From Lama guanicoe (taxonomy: Eukaryota), in the NCBI GenBank assembly GCA_013239625.1, contig MU053881.1, positions 3,989,957 to 4,053,956 of the forward strand: DNA of 64,000 bases. The letters run 5' to 3'. This document shows positions 12,860-23,768 of the stretch, piece by piece. The notes below the pieces were generated by a model. The model had not been told where the DNA came from. It saw only the letters and a program-made list of their open reading frames with translations, and made no database searches. The position numbers and the translations under genes were made by a program. Each line of letters starts with the position of its first letter. Position 1 is the stretch's first letter.

Positions 12860-13005
12860 ACTACCGTGAGCCTCAGTTTCCCCATCCGTAAAACGAGGAG
12901 GATAACAGTATCGACTTCAGAGGGCTCTGCAATGATTAAATGATACGAAATCTAAAGAGCTCAGAATGGGGCGTGGCACACGGCAAGTCTTCAGTGACGT
13001 TAGTT
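12860..13005 (+). mobile_element. MIR SINE
   Basis: gagcctcagtttccccatccgtaaaacgaggaggataacagta...gattaaatga...cgtggcaca. Confidence 0.8.
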
Positions 13006-13654
13006 ACAATCATTATTCCAGGGCACGCCATGCATTGATGGTCTCATCCTGTTCTCCAGCCCATCCTCCGGCGTACGTACTATTATCTTCCATTTTGCAG
13101 AGTAAAACACTACGTGACATAGAAGGGCAGCGACTGACCCAAGGCTGCCCAGGGAGCGGAGATTAGCCAGGACTTGATCTGGTCTGGATGACACCAACAA
13201 GGCCCTCCTCCTCGACTCAGCACAGCAGAGGTGATGGAGGGAGAAGAGGGTCTGCAGGCTGCTCTGGCCTGAGCCAGCCCCCTCCGTCCCCTGCCCCCAT
13301 CCCTGCTTCCTGAGACCCAGCATTGTCCTCTCTGAGCATGACTCCTCCCTTGTGAAATGAGACTTGCAGTCACAGTCACAGAGTCAGTGTGAGATTCTGG
13401 GACATGAGCATAGGGTGCTGCGTAACAAAGAAGCCATCCCTTTATCTCTTCATTCAACTCACCTGTGCTCCAAAGGCACGCAAGGCCCCCCAATAGTGTG
13501 GAGTGATCCCCTTGGCTTTGCCCTAATGGGCTTGTGATCTGGGGAGGGAGGGTGGATCCATCTCAGTTCCTCCTCTGGGCACAAGCGTGGCTGTCAGGCA
13601 GGGTCAGGCACTGAGGGGCGGGCAAGGCGCCTGGTAACATCCCTCTCCTCCCCG

Positions 13655-13780
13655 CCACATGCTCACACCCACGCATGAATGCGCAGACCACACGTGCACA
13701 CATGCACACACATGCACGCTAGTGCACATACGTACACACATGTACCTATGCACACACGTGCGCACGCGCACACCCACACA
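13655..13780. repeat. Degenerate (CA/CG/TG) alternating purine-pyrimidine tract
   Basis: cacacgtgcacacatgcacacacatgcacg...cacacacgtgcgcacgcgcacac. Confidence 0.85.
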
Positions 13781-13879
13781 GAAAGTGTCAGGTCCTCATT
13801 TGCGGGCAACGCCTTTCCCTGTTACTGAGCAACAGAGGAGGGTGCCCGTCAGCCTGGAGCAGCTCAGCGTGACTAGCAC

Positions 13880-14200
13880 ATCCGCACAGGCAGCACCCGC
13901 AGCGCCACTGACAGGAAGGCTCGCCGGAGCCGCGCTCAGACTCAGGAGGTTGGCGTGCGCGACCCAAGCCCTGGGCGGCCCATGCTGCCGGCCCGGAGAG
14001 GCCACCCAGCTCAGAGGTTCGCAATCAGGCGGCCGCGTCCAGGTTCCCATCTTGGCTTTCTCACCTGCAAGCCGAGGGCAGCGCCAGTCCCTGCGCCCCG
14101 GCGCGGGGGAAGCCTGGCGGGCAGAGCACTGAGCCCGCGGGAGGGAGCGCTGCCGGGAGAGCCGATGCTGACGTCCCCACGGCTGATCTCCACGCCTCAG
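13880..14200. promoter_or_regulatory. Small CpG island
   Basis: High GC, dense CpG including GCGGCCGC and several CGCG. Confidence 0.6.
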
Positions 14201-14329
14201 CTCACAGCTCCCACTCCAAGCTGGGGATTGCCTCTCCTCTGCAGTGTCTCATCCTAAACGGGTGTCAGGGACACCTCCCCCACCCCCACCTCCCCTGTGG
14301 TGCTGTCCTGGCGGCTGATGAGAGACCAA

Positions 14330-14945
14330 GACTGGCAGCGCAAAGACTGGACCAGACTGTGTCTCCCACGTCCCTCCCTCCATCTCCATCCTTTCGGGTG
14401 CTGGGGTTCAACCCTTGACTCTCTCTCTCCTGCTCCCCTTCCCATCAGTCAGCAATGCAATGGCTCAAACTCCAGCCTGATCACTGCTCACCCCACACCG
14501 CAACCTCCCCGTGAAATCCTGGGACATTTCAGCTACTTCCGGCCTCCTAGGGGCCGAAGTGGTCCTTTTAAAATAAAAGTCAGATCCTGCCTTTCCCTGG
14601 CAAGGACTTTCCAGTGGCTTCCACCTCACTCGGAATAAAACCCAAAGCACGTACCAGACCCTACAAGGGACTCACCATCTGCCCCCAGTATTATTCTCTC
14701 CAATCTCCCCCTTCCCTCCCCCCAGGTATCCACGTCTTATCCACTCCCGAAACACTTTGCACCTTCTGTTCCCTCTGCTTAGCATGCCCTTCCCCAGATA
14801 GCCACTTCCAGGCTCTGCGGACCCGTGACAGAGTTGCCCCTTCCTTCGGCATCACAGGGGTGCTATCCTCCCCACCTCCAGGAGGCCTGCCCTCCCTTTC
14901 TCCTATGGTCTTGTTCTTTATAGTTCTCACTGCTCTGTGGTGGTT
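14330..14945 (+). mobile_element. L2 LINE relic
   Basis: cctttaaaataaaagtcagatcctg...ttccagtggcttccacctcactcggaataaaacccaaa...accttctgttccctctgcttagcatgccct. Confidence 0.7.
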
Positions 14946-15469
14946 GGGGTTGTGCCCATTATATATAGTGGGAAACTGAGGCACAGACAAGTGATTGGTT
15001 ATGCCCGAGTCATACAGATGGGAGAAAGAAGATTTGGATTTGAGCCCAGGATTGTTCCTTTAGAGTCTTTAATTTTCCCTCAACCAGGCTGCCTCTGGAG
15101 GGGACAGCCTGAGCGAGTCCGGGATGCTGGGCGGTCAAGTGGATTCTTCTAGGTCGAGTTTTGTGTTCATGTACTGACTGGGTGCCTCTCACGTGTGCGA
15201 GCTCGGCCAAGGCAGAGACTTGGTTTCGTTCTCTGCTCAGCCCCAGTCGGTAGCTCTACGGGGTCAGTTCAGAATCAAAGGATGTGTCAGACGCTCATAC
15301 GCACCGGCCTCCTCTCGGTACCCAAATTCTCACGGGGAGTAGGGCTGGGGGCCAGAAAGCCTCAATCAGCATCTCTTGCTTCTTGGCGCAGAAGCACCGC
15401 CAATCCCCCCACAATCCCATGGGTCCGAGTCCTCCTTCTCCCCATTTCACACCGGGGGAGACTGAGGCT

Positions 15470-16150
15470 CTGAGAGGTCGGGCAGGCCGCGAGCTTCAAT
15501 GCCAGGGATCGAACTGGCCCCAGTGCACGGCCCTGGCATCGCGGTCGGCCGCGCAGGGGGCCTGGATCCCGGGCTTCCAGACTTCCCAGCCCGCCCCGGC
15601 GGGAGCTGGAACCGGAAAACAAAGGCAGCTCCGGGCTCGCGGCGCGGGGAGCGGCTCGCCGCCAGGGGGCAGCACGCGCTCGCGGACGCCTCCCGGGGCT
15701 GCCTTTGTCCGGGTGAGGCCCCTGCCCGCGCGCGCCGTCGCCAGCCCTCGCCCCCCATGCCCGCTGGCGGACCCCGCGCACCAGGCAGGCCCCGCACGCC
15801 CGCCACAGCCCGCCCTGCGCTCCCCCAGACCATCCTCCGCATCGCCCTGCCCGCCTTCCTCTCTTACAGGCGAGCTGGATTCCTTTTCATCGTCAGGGCC
15901 TGGCTCACAGACCTTTTCATTCTTCCCCCTTTCCAGGGAGACTTCCTTCATCTCCTGCCCGCATCTACTGATGCTCCGCAGCCGCCGCCCGGCTCTCCCG
16001 ACATGAACCCCAGTCTGCACCTTCCTCGGAGCCGTGCTGTGCAGTGTGGATCCCAGCATGCCCCTTCGGTCCAAAGCGAGCCCAGAGGCCCGTCCTAGTA
16101 GAAATCTGGAGGCCGCCGGCGCCTCCTGGGCCGTGAGGGTAACCAGGGTC
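15470..16150. promoter_or_regulatory. CpG island with no recognised associated gene
   Basis: Very GC-rich with dense CpG, GC boxes (cccgcccc) and an ETS-like ACCGGAAA at ~15611. Confidence 0.8.
15656..15674 (+). promoter_or_regulatory. CTCF motif
   Basis: TCGCCGCCAGGGGGCAGCA, near-perfect core consensus. Confidence 0.7.
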
Positions 16151-16380
16151 TGTGTCCCTGCCCCTGCTGATCACACAGGGCGTGTCTTTTTAGGGCCAGG
16201 ACCACCTCTGAGTCACTCCAGTGTCCCCAGGCCCAGCTTGGTGCCTGCTGGGCAAACCCTGTGTGGAGTCCTGGGGTGCCCTGGTGCCTGGAGCCCCCGC
16301 CCCCACAGGCGTGCTCACCCTCCTGCAGCTGGCAGTTCTCCTGGCGTGGGGGTGCCTCTGCAGGGAGTCATTTACAAACT

Positions 16381-16600
16381 CAAAGTGAGCCCCACCCTGG
16401 GGAAGATTACTTGGTAATTAACAAAGCTAGCGTCCCAACCCTGGCAGGCTGTCTCCAAAGATGCTCTGGATCGGAGCACCCCCACCCCTGCCCTCCCCAC
16501 ACACAGACACCACAATGTCTCTGACTCGCTCTGCACTGAACATTCACCCTCTGTGGGATGTACATCTCCCCATGTCGCCCTCAGTCAGTCTTGCAGGATA
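16381..16600 (+). repeat. Copy A of a diverged local direct repeat
   Basis: 16381-16464 aligns to 17907-17989 at 71/84 (manual count); 16543-16600 aligns to ~17994-18053. Confidence 0.85.
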
Positions 16601-17906
16601 GAAATGAGGAAACTGAGGCTGAGAAAAGGGGAGGGACCTGCAAGCTCTGTCTCCACCTGGAAGCCCTCGCAGAGCTGTTCCTCCTGGGACCTGCCCACCT
16701 CATTCCTCCTGCCTTGGTGTTCAGTTCTCAAGTATCTCACTGCTCTCTCTTATGGATCCCCATCTTCTGTCTTCCACTGACCCGACACACGTGTCATTCT
16801 CTACTTTCTCAGGTGACTGTTACTTCCTGTCTCCCTTTCTCAGTGCTGAGCTCTGACGAGCAGGGACTGTGTGAATTTTGTTCACCAAGCTATTCCCCAC
16901 ACAGAGCAATCTGCTTGACCCATAGCCGGTGTTCAATCAAAATGTTGAATGAATGAATGAAAGTTCAAAACAACCTCAGGGAGTATGTGGCATCACCCCC
17001 ACCATCCCCATCACCCCCATGCCACGGAATCCCAGGCTTGGAAAAGAAGGAATGTTTCTGATCTATGTGCATCAAGACTTCAATTAAAGTGCATTTGGTT
17101 AAGGAGTTGATACACATGAAATGACATGTCTGTGTTTTGAAAATCCTTTGCATGTTTTAACAACAGAAATAGGATGGACTAAGACAGTTGACTTAGTAGA
17201 AAGCATCTCGTTGAACTGCGTGGAGACTTAAGTGATGGAGAAAGGGGGCTTTGGGGTCACCGTGATGCTGCTGTGTGCCCGTCGGTGGGGAGAGCGGAGA
17301 GCGCAGCTTCGGCCTGACCAAGTGGAGCAGAGGCCCGGACTGAGGCCGCAGCGTCCAGGCACCATGCCCTGGTCACCGGCCCCGCTCCTCCTGCCAATGA
17401 GGTGATGAAAATAGTAATACTAATCACAGGCAGATAAAGTGAACAGTGGGGCCGGGCCAGCTGTGGTCCTGCCAGCTGCACCCAGTTTGGGGTCTGCAAG
17501 GAACTTGCAATTGCTCATGGTCTGCTAACGAAATGACCACACTGACTGATGGGTTTGGAGCCCTAGGGTGCTGTCATGTCGCTGTGAGCCTGGGTTACCC
17601 CTCCTGTCTGGCTTGCCCCCATTTTTGAGTGAAAGGAAGCCACAGAGGAGGGGTCAGCACAGAGAAAGGGCAGTGTGCCTCGGCTTTGCGGCGGTGCTGG
17701 CAGAGAGAGGACTGTCACTGCTGCCACCAGGGTTGTGAACTGTGTCCCAGGGCAGGGCAGGGCGGGACAGGGCACCCCATGGAGCTTCATCCCAGCAGGC
17801 TTTGTACCATGGATCATTCCTCCAGCATCAGGGACCCAGTCTGGGGCTGACGACCTCACTGGCTTTCCATTTACGATGCTTCCTGACAGACAGGCTCTTA
17901 GGAACC

Positions 17907-18053
17907 CAAAGGGAGCCCCACCTGGGGAAGATTACTTGGCAGTCAACAGAGCCAGCATCCCGGCCCAGGCAGGCTGTCTCCAAGGCTGCAAGCCTTACAC
18001 TCTGCTGGATGTACATCTCCCCACATCACCAGCCACAGTCAGCGCTGGAAGAT
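17907..18053 (+). repeat. Copy B of a diverged local direct repeat
   Basis: Shares tggggaagattacttgg, ggcaggctgtctccaa and ggatgtacatctcccca with copy A. Confidence 0.85.
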
Positions 18054-18129
18054 GCTGATGAGAGCCCACAGTGGTCCTCACTCCAGCACACTTTCGTCAG
18101 GCCCTGAGTCAGGCCTTGGGGAGGTTGAA

Positions 18130-18285
18130 AGAGTGGGATTCAAACCTCAGGTCTGCCTCTTCCTAGCTGTGTGATCTTGGGAAAACCACTCAACCTCTCT
18201 CGGCACTTTTTTCTCATTTATAAAGCAGGGTCAATCACTCATATGCAGCATGTGAATGTGTCTGATGCAATCAGGGCACAGGAGG
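18130..18285 (+). mobile_element. MIR SINE
   Basis: ggattcaaacctcaggtctgcctcttcctagctgtgtgatcttgggaaaaccactcaacctctct. Confidence 0.75.
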
Positions 18286-18879
18286 CTCTGAGCTCCCAGC
18301 CCCCTGCCCAGCGCTCTCTCTAGATCAAAAGGGATGAGACAGTAGTGGACCAAATCATGGGCCTCGGGATGCTGGACACTGAGCTTGGATTTTCTCCTGG
18401 GAGCCATGGCAGGTCTGGAGAGAAGCACTCAGACTTGCATTTTAGGAAAGTTCTGTGAAGTGTGGATGAGTGGGGAGAGACTGGAGAGGCCTCCGGGGAG
18501 AGGGCCAGATGCCCCCCATGGCGATGGGTGGGGCTGATGAACACAGGGAGGGGCTCAGCCAAGGACGCAAGAGCTGCCCCGCTCCCATTTGTGTTCCTGT
18601 TACGGACCCCACTGTGCTTCTCCAGTGAAGCCCCGCAGCCCCAGGATCCCTGCGCTTGGGGGCTTCCTAGCTCAGCTTTTACCCAAATCCTCACCCTGCC
18701 CTTTTCTGCCCACTCCCAATGAACATCAGGATTTAAACGTTTTTCTTGTCAAGGAGGCGTCACGGTATCAGAAAAGGGCGCTGAGAATGACGCAGCCCTG
18801 AGTTTCACTCTCCGCTCTTCCGAGCGCTCACATCGAACCTTGGACCCGTCCCCTGGGGGAGCCTGAGTCACCATCCTAA

Positions 18880-19630
18880 AGATGTCAGCATCCTCACCCC
18901 CAGAAGCTATGAATATGCACTTGACCTGGTAAAAGGGACTTTGCACGTGTGAGTGAGTGAAGGGTGTTGAGCTGGGGAGATGACCCTTGAGGACCCAGGT
19001 GGCCCCGTGTAACCACAAGGGTCTTTATAAAAGGGAGAGAGATCTGAAAACGCTGCGCTGCTGGCTTTGAAGGTCAAGAGGGAGCCACAAGCCAAGGGAT
19101 GTGGGTGGGCAGCCTCTAAACGCTGGGAAAGGCCGTGAAACAGCTTCTGCTATGGTCTGAAAGTGTGCATCCCAAATTCATCTGTTGAAATCCTAGCCCC
19201 CAAAGTGGTGGGATTAGGAGGTGGGACGAGAAAGGGTCACTCCACTCTTATGAGTGGGATTTGCACTCTTATAAAAGAGGCCCCACCGAGCTCCCTTGTC
19301 CCTCCCCCCTTGTGAGGACACAGTGAGAAGTCTGTGACCTGGAAGAGGGGCTCACCCTGCTAGGCTGGTGCCTTGACCTTGGACTTCCAGCCTCCAGAAC
19401 CGTGAGAAATAAATCTCTGTGCTTTAGAAGCCACCCCATCTGCAGCCTGAACAAACCCAGACAGCCTCTTGGGAACTCAAGAAGGAACACAGCCGTGCTG
19501 ATACCTTGGTTTTAACCAGCGGGATGTATTTTGGGCTCCTGACCTCCAGATCTGTAGGAGAATAAATACGTATTGTTTTGAGGCAGTGAATTCATGATAA
19601 ATTGTTGCAGCAGTGGGAGGAAATGAATGC
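18880..19630 (+). mobile_element. MLT1D-like MaLR LTR split by a nested MLT1A
   Basis: ggtaaaagggactttgca...ctggctttgaagg...gagccacaagccaaggga | gaaggaacacagccgtgctgataccttggtttta...aattgttgcagcag. Confidence 0.85.
19148..19463 (+). mobile_element. MLT1A-like MaLR LTR nested in MLT1D
   Basis: tgctatggtctgaa...ggacttccagcctccagaaccgtgagaaataaa...agaca; 5-bp TSD gcttc/gcctc. Confidence 0.85.
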
Positions 19631-20159
19631 ATGCCTTCCCCACTCTGGGTGACTGTGGACACAAAGAAGCTCCAGGCAGTGAGTGGGGGCCAAGGCTGAG
19701 TGGAGACAGAGCAGGTCTTTTCAGGGCGGCCTGGGTTCTCCGTGTGTCCACTGGGAACAAGGCAGATTGAACATTCTGATCTCAGATTCCTGCCTCTCGG
19801 GTCCCAGAAAGGAGTGAGGTGGGCAGGTGAGAGGGGTGATAGGGACCGGTGGGGTCTCTGGAAAAGCCCAGAGCAGAGGCTTTGGCCACAGGGACAGCCC
19901 TGTGGTTCTGGAGGCTGGAAGTCCAAGGCCAAGGCACCGTGCTGCCAGGTGCAGAAGTGGGCCCAGCTTGGCCAGATCAGCGGCTCTGCTTAGAGCAGTC
20001 AGGGCGATGAGTATTCATATGAAATCTCTCAGTCCTTCCATGTTGCCAACCAATTAGAAAAGAATTAAGCACGGAGCAAGCCAAACCAAACACATCTGCA
20101 GCCCAGCCTGGCCTCCGGACTGTGGCATCGCTGCCTTCGGCTCGTTCACTTCAACTCCG

Positions 20160-20365
20160 GGCTTTGGTGTCAATCAGCCAGATTTGGGCTGGAATCCCGG
20201 CTCGGCCACAGCCAGATTACATCGGCAACTCGCCCGATCACTCTGAGCCTCAGTTTCTTCACCTGGAAAAGACATACGAATGTCAAGCTCACAGGCTGGG
20301 GGGAGGAGCAGGCAATGAATTCCATGTAAAGTGCCCACAGCAGGAGCTGGCACGGAATAAGCTGG
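20160..20365 (+). mobile_element. MIR SINE
   Basis: gctttggtgtcaa...ggaatcccggctc...ctctgagcctcagtttcttcacctg...catgtaaagtgccc...ctggcac. Confidence 0.75.
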
Positions 20366-20850
20366 TCACATCATGCTCCCTGCTCCTGGCAGCACCACTG
20401 TCTCACTGTGTGAGCGGGAAGGTGTTTCTCCATCCCTCTGCGCCCCGTGCCGGTCCTTTCTGTAGAAGGGGCTTCTGTGTCAACCAGTGACGGGACTTAG
20501 GGCCTGAGCCCCGCAGTCTGCTGTCTCGGGGCGTGTGAGAAGGGCGGTGAGCACAGAGCCTCGTGCAGGAACACAGCTAGGGAGCTTCCACAAAGAGCAA
20601 GTCCGCGTACCCTGCATCCCCATCACCACCTTACTGTGCCGGGGCCCCGCCCTGTCCCTTTATAAAACTGTATTTGCAAACCTCAGATCGCCAAGCCCCA
20701 CACCAGACTTACAGCCACCACATCCCCGGCACCCCACCCCCCCCAAAACTTAAAGAACTCGGTGTCCCACAACATCCAAGTCCTGACACTACAATCGGTA
20801 CCTTCTACTACCATTTGCATAAGGTTTGTCTTTAAATTGACTTGTTTTCT

Positions 20851-20996
20851 GTTTTTAAAAAGTTATATCTTTCTATTTATTTATTTTGAGGGGGTAATTA
20901 GGTTTACCTATTTATTTTTAATGGAGGTACTGGGAATTGAACCCAGGACCTCATGGGTGCCAGGCATGCGCTCTACCACTGAGCTATACCCTCCCC
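20851..20996 (-). mobile_element. tRNA-derived camelid SINE (Vic-1 type), full length
   Basis: Minus strand ggggagggtatagctcagtggtagagcgcatgcc...gaggtcctgggttcaattcccagtacctccattaaaaataaataggtaaacctaattacccc; A and B boxes; 13-bp TSD 20838-20850 / 20997-21009. Confidence 0.9.
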
Positions 20997-21499
20997 TGAC
21001 TCATTTTCTTATATGTCTAGCTCCATCTTAGGAACATTAGACGTAAAACAGTGGCTCTCATGAGCTAATTCTTTTTTTTTTTCCACACAGGTTAAGAAAA
21101 AAGTGTCTCTGAAAAATTTAAAAGCTTATCAGGGTGAGGATGGGAAATCATCCCGCCAGCTCTTGCGTTGGGTGGGATCCCCGCTTCCAGCTGGGCTGAG
21201 GCTAGAGGGCAGCGAGACCACCCAACCTCGCTGCTTCTCCCCACTGAGATTTCTCCCCGCTTTAGTCCCTCTGCCCTGGGGATCTGCAGACGGTGAGGAG
21301 AGGAGTCAGGAGAAGCCGGGATCTCTCCTCCAGGCATCATTATCAACTCTTGATTTTTTAAAATGGATTTTACTGCGCATTTGAGTAATTCATTCATGGC
21401 TTCTGCCTGGGAAAATGGTTCCTAGTCCTTTCATTGGAATCCAAGCTGTGAACTAAGCGTGTGACTCCTGCAGCTCCCTATTTCTCTAGGACCAAGTCC

Positions 21500-22200
21500 A
21501 AATTCAACAGGGCATTTGAGGCTCTTTGAGGCCCTGACTTGCCAACACTTTCCCCTCCTGCTGGGCTCCCCTGTATTCTTTGTATTCCAGCCTCATCCAG
21601 CCATTGAGGGTTTCCCTTCTGTGATGTGGCCCACGTGGGTCTCATAGTTGGGAGAAACCCCTTAGCCTTCACTTTCTGAGCAAACTTCTATTCAATCTTC
21701 AAAACCCTACTCATCATCTCTCTTTGGGTGGTTTGTCCCTGATGTACCCTCTGAGCTCCATCTCCCCAGAATAGTCGCTTACTCTTTCTCCTCTACCAAA
21801 CATCCCAAATCCTTCAGCTTCTTGGCGTCTCCTTTGCCAGTATTGTGGCCTGAGCCTACAGTACCCACCACCCAGCTGATGACAGCGGCCCCAAACCTGG
21901 TCTCCCCGCTTTCCCTCCACCTCTCTCACCTCCTCCAATCTCATGTCCAAGGCAGCAGCCAGAGTTATAGCAGAAAAACCACAGTCAAAGTATGTCGCTC
22001 CCCTGTTTATATCTTACAGCAGCTTCCACTGTACACAGAATAAACTCCAAGCTCCTCTAAAGGCCCCCAAGGCCTGATGTCATCTGGTCTCCCCCACCTT
22101 CCTGGCTTTTTTCTTGTCCTCTCTCCCTCATTTCGTTGGCCTCGTCTTCCTGCCCCAGAGTCTACAGTTGCTGGTCCTTCTCTGGGATGTTCTGTGCCTA
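21500..22200 (+). mobile_element. L2 LINE relic(s)
   Basis: gcagcagccagagtt...cttacagcagcttccactgtacacagaataaactccaagctcct...gctggtccttctctgggatgttct. Confidence 0.6.
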
Positions 22201-23344
22201 CCCGCCTTCCACACGTGTGCTCCCACCTACCCTGTCCACACACATGTACTGTCTTCACCTGCCCATCGCTCAGGACTCACCCAGACCATCAGCCCCTGGG
22301 GTCACCCCAGTGCCTCCCCCAAGTGACTGGGTGCTCCCGAAGGCAGGGCTCACACGGCACCCATCCAGGCTGGGGGCAGGGTGAGGCCGAGTCTGTGTGT
22401 AGGGGCAGACCCACTGGCCCCCGCAGGACGGGCCAGCTCCTCTGATGGTGCGGGCCCTCGGACAGCCCCCCTCGGGCTCCCGCTGAGCAACTATGAGCAT
22501 CACTGGCCTTGTGAAGGTTGCCTTCCCCCCGGGGAGGTTCTTGGGGCTCAGACAGGATGCTGCCTGTCTATAGATTAGGTAGCGGGTTGACAGAGAAGCC
22601 AGTCCCCATGCCGTTTTGTGTTTATGGAAACATGTGCCTTCCAGGTGAGAGAGGCATGAGCGCAGGGAGTGGCAGATCTGGAGTCAGGAGAGCCAGGCCG
22701 GAGACTCAGCTCTGACCCAGCTCAGCGCAGCCTAAGGCGCCCTGCTTTCATCGGGCCATTTACCGGGGGCCAGAAGAGTCAGAGGTCTCCAAAGCCGCCC
22801 CCGGCTTGTGGTTAGTGCAGATTGACTCCACATAACCCTAGTTCCCTCGCCCCTCCGAGACGGGTATAGTGATACCTGCCACGCTGTTCGGATAAAACGA
22901 GACAACAGCGGAAAGCCCCTCGCAGGGCCCTGCCCGTAGGAGTTAAGACTCCACCGGGACATCCATGGACCCCAAGCATTCGTGCCTGCGTGACCCCTTC
23001 CTCATAAAAGAAGATTACAACTTTATGCAATTGGTATAAAGATAATTCAGGCTCGATAATGTTCGTTTTTTGCTTCTTGTTTTAAAATAAATTGAAACAT
23101 TTTTGTGGACCCTTAAGACTACTTGCTCCCCATCTCCCCACGCTGCATGTCATCTCCCACCCCGACCTCCGCCTGCACAGGGTCCTGGGCTCTGATGTCA
23201 GCCCAGGGGATGGAGGTTCAGCCACACCAACTGTGCCCAGTATGTGAGTCAGCCTGTTAACTCATTCGGTGTTTATGGAGCATCTACCATCGCTGGTAGC
23301 GATGGATTAGTTGGTGCTAACAATGTCTCTTGTGTTGTCATGGT

Positions 23345-23768
23345 ACAGTGGGTTCCACGGTGTCCTCCAAAACCTGAGGTTCTCTCAGAACCTCAGAATG
23401 TGGTCTTACTTGGAAATGGGGTCCTTGCAGATGTAATTAGCTAAAGAAGTCAAGATGAAATCGTCCAGGTTCAATTCAGGCTTAGTGATTAATGTCCTTA
23501 GGAGAAGAGAAGTGGGCGCAGAGAGACACAGAGAAGAAGGTGACGTGAGGATGGAGGTAGAAACTGGAATGATACGTCTGTAAAGAACGCCGAGGATCAC
23601 CAGCTGCACCCACCCGGCAGCCACCAGGACCCAGGAGAGAGGCGTGGTTCCGGAAGGAGCCAACACCTGCAGAACATCTGGGCTCCTGATCTGGGCGAGA
23701 ACATTTCTGTGGTGTGAAGCCACCCAGTTTGCGGGAATTTGTTCCGGCGGCCTTAGAGCAGGAACACC
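23345..23768 (+). mobile_element. MLT1C-like MaLR LTR
   Basis: cctcagaatgtggtcttacttggaaatggggtccttgcagatgtaattag...gaaggagccaacacctgc...aagccacccagtttgcgg. Confidence 0.85.

Noticed and set aside
15284..16098. Several overlapping 130-240 aa ORFs on both strands
   Set aside because: Low-complexity Pro/Arg/Gly/Ala products expected from stop-poor CpG-island DNA; none recognisable.
16381..17989. Similar peptides GEDYLVINKASVPTLAGCLQ and GEDYLAVNRASIPAQAGCLQ suggesting duplicated coding exons
   Set aside because: In this frame I count 6 non-synonymous to 3 synonymous changes plus a nearby 1-bp indel, close to neutral; no clear splice sites.
20920..20996. tRNA-like sequence with A and B boxes
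   Set aside because: It continues into a SINE body and A-rich tail with a TSD, so it is a SINE head and not a tRNA gene.
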